DNA of 64,000 nt from positions 14,012,001-14,076,000 of the forward strand of contig OZ059896.1 in the NCBI GenBank assembly GCA_964057225.1. The letters are read 5' to 3'. Each line of letters begins with the position of its first letter. The first letter of the stretch is position 1. The stretch is from Auanema rhodensis (taxonomy: Eukaryota; Animalia; Nematoda). Both the position numbers and the translations under genes were made by a program. Of this stretch, positions 59,144-64,000 are shown piece by piece. Under the pieces are notes generated by a model, which worked only from the letters and a program-made list of their open reading frames with translations, was not told the origin of the DNA and made no database searches.

Positions 59144-62100
59144 TCAATGCTCTGTGAGGTTATGTCTTCCCTACCTAAAAGTTTAACTTTAAGGTCATAC
59201 ATTTGGGTAAACGTTATAAAGAAGATAATAAAAAGGCGAGAAATAATTAGAAAATCAATATTGCAATATTTGAAGTATAAAGGGAAGTATGCAAACGCTA
59301 ACTTGGATACACACATCGAACAGAGACGTAAGAGACCTCTATACAACACGGGGGTCTTGTACAAACACACTTAGTGACACGCAAGTTGCCAGTCCCTCAG
59401 CCCAATCGTTAGATGGACTAGATTACTAACCATCTGACGCTTCAAATTTAACAAACAAATCAAAGCTGAGCTTCCAAAGTCCATATAAGATAAGCCAATA
59501 TTAACATATGAAAACCTTATAAACTAGAAAAATAGAGAAGTTAGACGAATAATCGTGTCAGTCATTCAAAACTTTATATAACACAACGAAAAATTTGAAA
59601 TTACAATGAAATATATAGATAATACGGGACTAAAAGGTGAATCGATTAGAAAGCAGTCATAGCGTTTGGAAAACTTTTGTGATTGTGTAGAATTACACAA
59701 GCAAAATACATATACACGCATTTATATAAACAGAAAAATAATTTAATATGAAATAGAGTTAACGGAATAGCACACTAATAATTGAAAATTTTTATACGAA
59801 CATATAGATTATTATTGTTATGATGAAGACAAGGTTTTTAATTTAGGACGGGCAGTGATAAGGACAGAATGATGATGTAGATAATGGGATATCTTTGGTA
59901 TATGTGCGTCGGGTGAAGTCAGTATGTTTATGAATGTGTGGTCGATAGAAATCTCTTCTGGATCACCTATTCTCTATCTTTATATCTCTATACATGTGTT
60001 AAGAAATGAATTGTTGTACAAGGCTATAAGAATACGGGAAAAGAAGCGACACTCTAGATCGGGGTCACTACAGGCACACCACAGTCCTCACCACTCGGTC
60101 GATTGGACGACCGGCAACCACCACGCGGTAAGACCATTACGCACAGTCCTTTGAGCGAATGACGACGATGATAGAAGAACGAACAACAGAAGGGAAATAG
60201 TGGGAGGCGCAGAGAGATGATTGAGAGACTTAGGAATGGTATGAGAGGGCGATGATGAGAGGAATGGAGAAGAGTGTACAAGAATATAAATGTAGAAGAA
60301 GAGAAATACAGAAGAACTGGAAGCCAAGAATGGAAGACAAGACGAAACTTCAGTCGTTCTTCCCACAAAGTCTGTTTCTCGTATTTCCCAGCATCAGTTA
60401 ATGTCTCTTGCATATAACTGACTATTGACAATACTACATACGATCTATGGAATTATAGATTGTAAAGCAATAGTTATATAAGTAAAGCATAATTACATTA
60501 TTTGCGGTTTGTACTGAGAATTATAAGAATACAAGTTTATTTACTATTGCACCGACTGTATCGGAGTTATGGAGGCGCTTTCTGAATAGAACTGATGAAA
60601 TGCCTGCAAATCGTTAAACTTCTGCTGAGTTGTTTTTCTCTCGTAAGATGATAGCAATAAGAAAAAAAGTGAATGGATTTCAACTAAATATGAAAATATA
60701 GAAAATAAAAATAAAAATAAAATAATAAAATAAAATGATTCAATTCTTTCAAACTTCCTTTCATTCTTACTATCACAAATGACGTATTTCGTTTCACGTC
60801 AGCACGTTATTTTCGACTTATTATGCTAAATAAGCGATTGCGTTTTGCGTTTTATTTTCTTTCAAAGTTTTATTCCAATTACACGTCAATCATTGCCGAG
60901 TCACAATTTTTTTAAATTTATTTATTCTTCTGACTAAGTATGAGGCATTAATTGGAAAATGAGTTAGCTCTGTGGTTTATTGAAGATTTGTAAATACGGA
61001 GGCGTGCACGTATCTAATTCTTTCTTTCTTGAACCATTCTGGCTCATTCTTTTCATCTATATTATCATTTGGACAAAATGGATCACCTGTAGAACGGGAG
61101 TTTGCACGTTATCAAATACATTTTAGTCTCTATAGGATCGATCCCGCTACAACTTCATTCTCAAATTATTTCAACGTTATCAAGAATAAATTAGATTGTA
61201 TACAATTTAAATTAAAAGTAAACTTCAATCTTTACTTACAATAATTGTATACTAGAAAGGGGTAGAAACAGCAATTCATTTTTTTCCTATAAGAGATTGA
61301 TCTTTTCAGTTTTTTTTTAGTTCACCAGTTCAATAGTAGTTAGGGAAAAGTTTTGAAGAAACTACTTCGAAAATTATTCTCTCATTATCATGGTCCAACC
61401 TTGCTGTACACAAAAGCAATCTACCGAAGTTAAGTAAAAAAAACAATAGAATTCAAAGATTAGTAACCAAAGCATATTGAGCAGGCAATTTTAATTAATC
61501 GGAATATTAATCAATGTACCTGTCGGTTCCTTATAATTAAACATATTTCAATAATCTGTACTAAGATGTTTGAAAAAATAAAGATTTTTTCAAGAATTAT
61601 TTTGTTTAAAACGAAAACGCATTCGACTTACAACTGAACTTGGAACTATCTTTATGTTATTGTATGATGTAAACAATTCAAGAGCATCAAAACAATCTAA
61701 TTTGAAGAATAAAAAGAAAGAAAGGTAAAGAAAAAATTTATTAGAATGCATGACTAATTTGAGCATATTGATACATTAACATTTTTTAAAATCTCCCTGA
61801 AAAAAATTTTTTTAATTCAAAAATAAGAAGTAGTACTTACTTAATTGCCAGATCAGTAAGAACGTACTCTAATAACAGGAGGAATACATTATGAAATATG
61901 GAGATTCCACAAATTTTCCGTAATGACAAAACTCATAAATAGTTCGATAATTTGTTGATACAAACTACATTTATTGAAGATATATACAGGAGAAACTAAA
62001 GAATTAATAGAATTAAAGATTAATATTTATAGGAATAGTGTTGAAGTAAATATTGATATGCTTTAATTATTTCTGATGGAAATACGGTATACAGGAACAC

Positions 62101-64000
62101 CGGAACAGAAAAAATACAAGTGATTTTTAATTTAGTGGAATTTTCTAAATAGATTCTTATATTGCTCTTCAATAGGAGATGTTTTTTCTGAATCCTCATG
62201 TGTTTTAGCCATCATGTCTCTTCTGGGATCACCGAGAAACGTGGGTTTGACGCGGTCTTGTGCAGAGTGTGGCTTTTCTTCCATGTTGGCAACAAATCTT
62301 AACAAATTTCAATTAAAATTCATAAATAAGAATACAAGAGGTTGATTAGACGATGTTTATGAAGTAGTTTCAACAGCGCAGCTTATATGCAACTATATGT
62401 TTACATGTACTTATAATCAAAAATCAAAGATAAACTCTGTAAATATTTCTTCAGAATAACGAACGTTAAATATGTATATACTGAATGTATGCTCACTCAT
62501 TTAAAATAGAAAGAAGAAACTCATAGAAGAGTGAACACGTGCTAATGAAAAATATTTATCAGGAAGATTATAAAAAGCAAAATGATCTCTGATGTATGTA
62601 AACCAAAAACACGAATCAAAGTTTCCATTCATCACTGTCGTTAAACTTGTTGAAAATCATATAATCATTTAATCATCTCGTTTAAAAACGGGAGGATCAA
62701 AATATGGATTCGTATATGGATTGTGGTTTGGGTTCTCGTTCCTTCATAGATAAAGGAGGAAATAAAGGTTTGTTAAACATAAGGGAAAGTATTTCTTTTA
62801 TCTTCATAGGGTTGTTTACTATATAGTTGATTCCCCGTATCTATAAAAATTCAAAAAAAAAATCAGCAATAATTGAAAGTAGTTAGTAATAATGAATGTT
62901 ATATCGTAATTCATACAATCAAGTTTTAACAGTTTATGTACATTACATATGTATATGTACTTCTAATCAATAGAATAATTCTAAAAATATTTGTTAAAAA
63001 GTTATTTCTGAGCAAAGTATTAAATATGTTTAATAGAAGATTATGTATGATAGAACTCAGTGATCACTATCATAGTATGTGTATAAATCATCTTCTCAAC
63101 GACAAAATTCGAAAAATTCATCAGTCCTAGAACGATAATCGCTGTCAGCATCTATCAGGTTTAGATCAGGACAAAAGAAAAAGGAGCAAAAGCCGTCATC
63201 CATCTCAAAACAGCTGAATTCTCTAATAAGTTGTATGTCATACGTTCGAAGAAAATTTTAAAATATAAAATATTTAAAAACACTCATGAATGTAACAGTT
63301 TTTAAAAAAAATATGAATATATTTACATATACTTATTATCAAAAACAATAAATTTCTAAATACATCTCCATAAAAATATGAAAGAGTCACCACGTGAATT
63401 TTGCGCTATTTTCGTATCTTATTATTGAAGCTGTTAAAATAATAACAAGTGATTAACTTAAAATATTTATTTTTTGGACGAAATAGACAAGAATATCAGA
63501 AAAGAATGAATTTATCTCCGATTGAAGTATTTGTACCAGAATATATCTCCCGTAGGAGAGTCGTGTATCCAACTTGGTGTAGTAGGAGGAGAAATGTGAG
63601 GTTCATTTCTGCTTGTAGCAGGATTTACTGGAAGCCGCGGGTTCATCCGATCATCCATTGTAGGTATTCAATTCTATAATAATTGGAATTAGAAAATAAA
63701 TAAGTTAAACAGAAAGTGAAAATGGTAAAACTGATTATATTTATAAACAAAAACTGAAATAGCAAAGCTTATATACATCATCCTATTTACATACCCTTAT
63801 AATCAAAAATGATAATATTTAAAAGTTTTATTTATAGCTTATATAAAGTCATAGTCATGATCTTGCGGATTTCTGTCATCTCTGAATGGTAGAATTCGAG
63901 GTTCTCCCAGACGAGGAGGCGACCTATCTCTCAGTATTTCTCCTGAATAAGGTCTGAATATATAGGGATTGAATGGCTGTCTATAATCGAATGGGTGATG

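Overview
Eukaryotic, AT-rich DNA with ~45-nt introns and TTTCAG acceptors; the genes I recognise (pct-1, csn-5, clec-180-like) indicate a rhabditid nematode. The first 17.5 kb is a retroelement cluster built around a 166-bp tandem array of tRNA-Gln genes (23 full copies on +: 11 CUG and 12 UUG; further copies on -). Left of the array is a Ty3/Gypsy-type LTR element on the minus strand that the ORF track missed. Its single reading frame (4439 to beyond position 1) fuses a Gag capsid, through an internal signal peptide, directly to a herpesvirus-gB-like class III envelope, with no pol between them. It has non-canonical CG...CG LTR ends and a tRNA-Gln primer-binding site, and it sits inside a tRNA-Gln anticodon arm. 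Two solo LTRs of a sister family lie inside the array. To the right is a 5'-truncated BEL/Pao element with a phlebovirus-Gc-like class II env. Three different events break the array spacer at the same CAAG site. Next to the array is an intact 5-exon PaREP1/HEPN-like gene. The rest is host genome: a PP1 glycogen-targeting CBM21 gene with ChoRE-like E-box pairs, clec-180-like, a neuropeptide precursor, csn-5 and pct-1. All translations and alignments were done by eye and no database searches were run.
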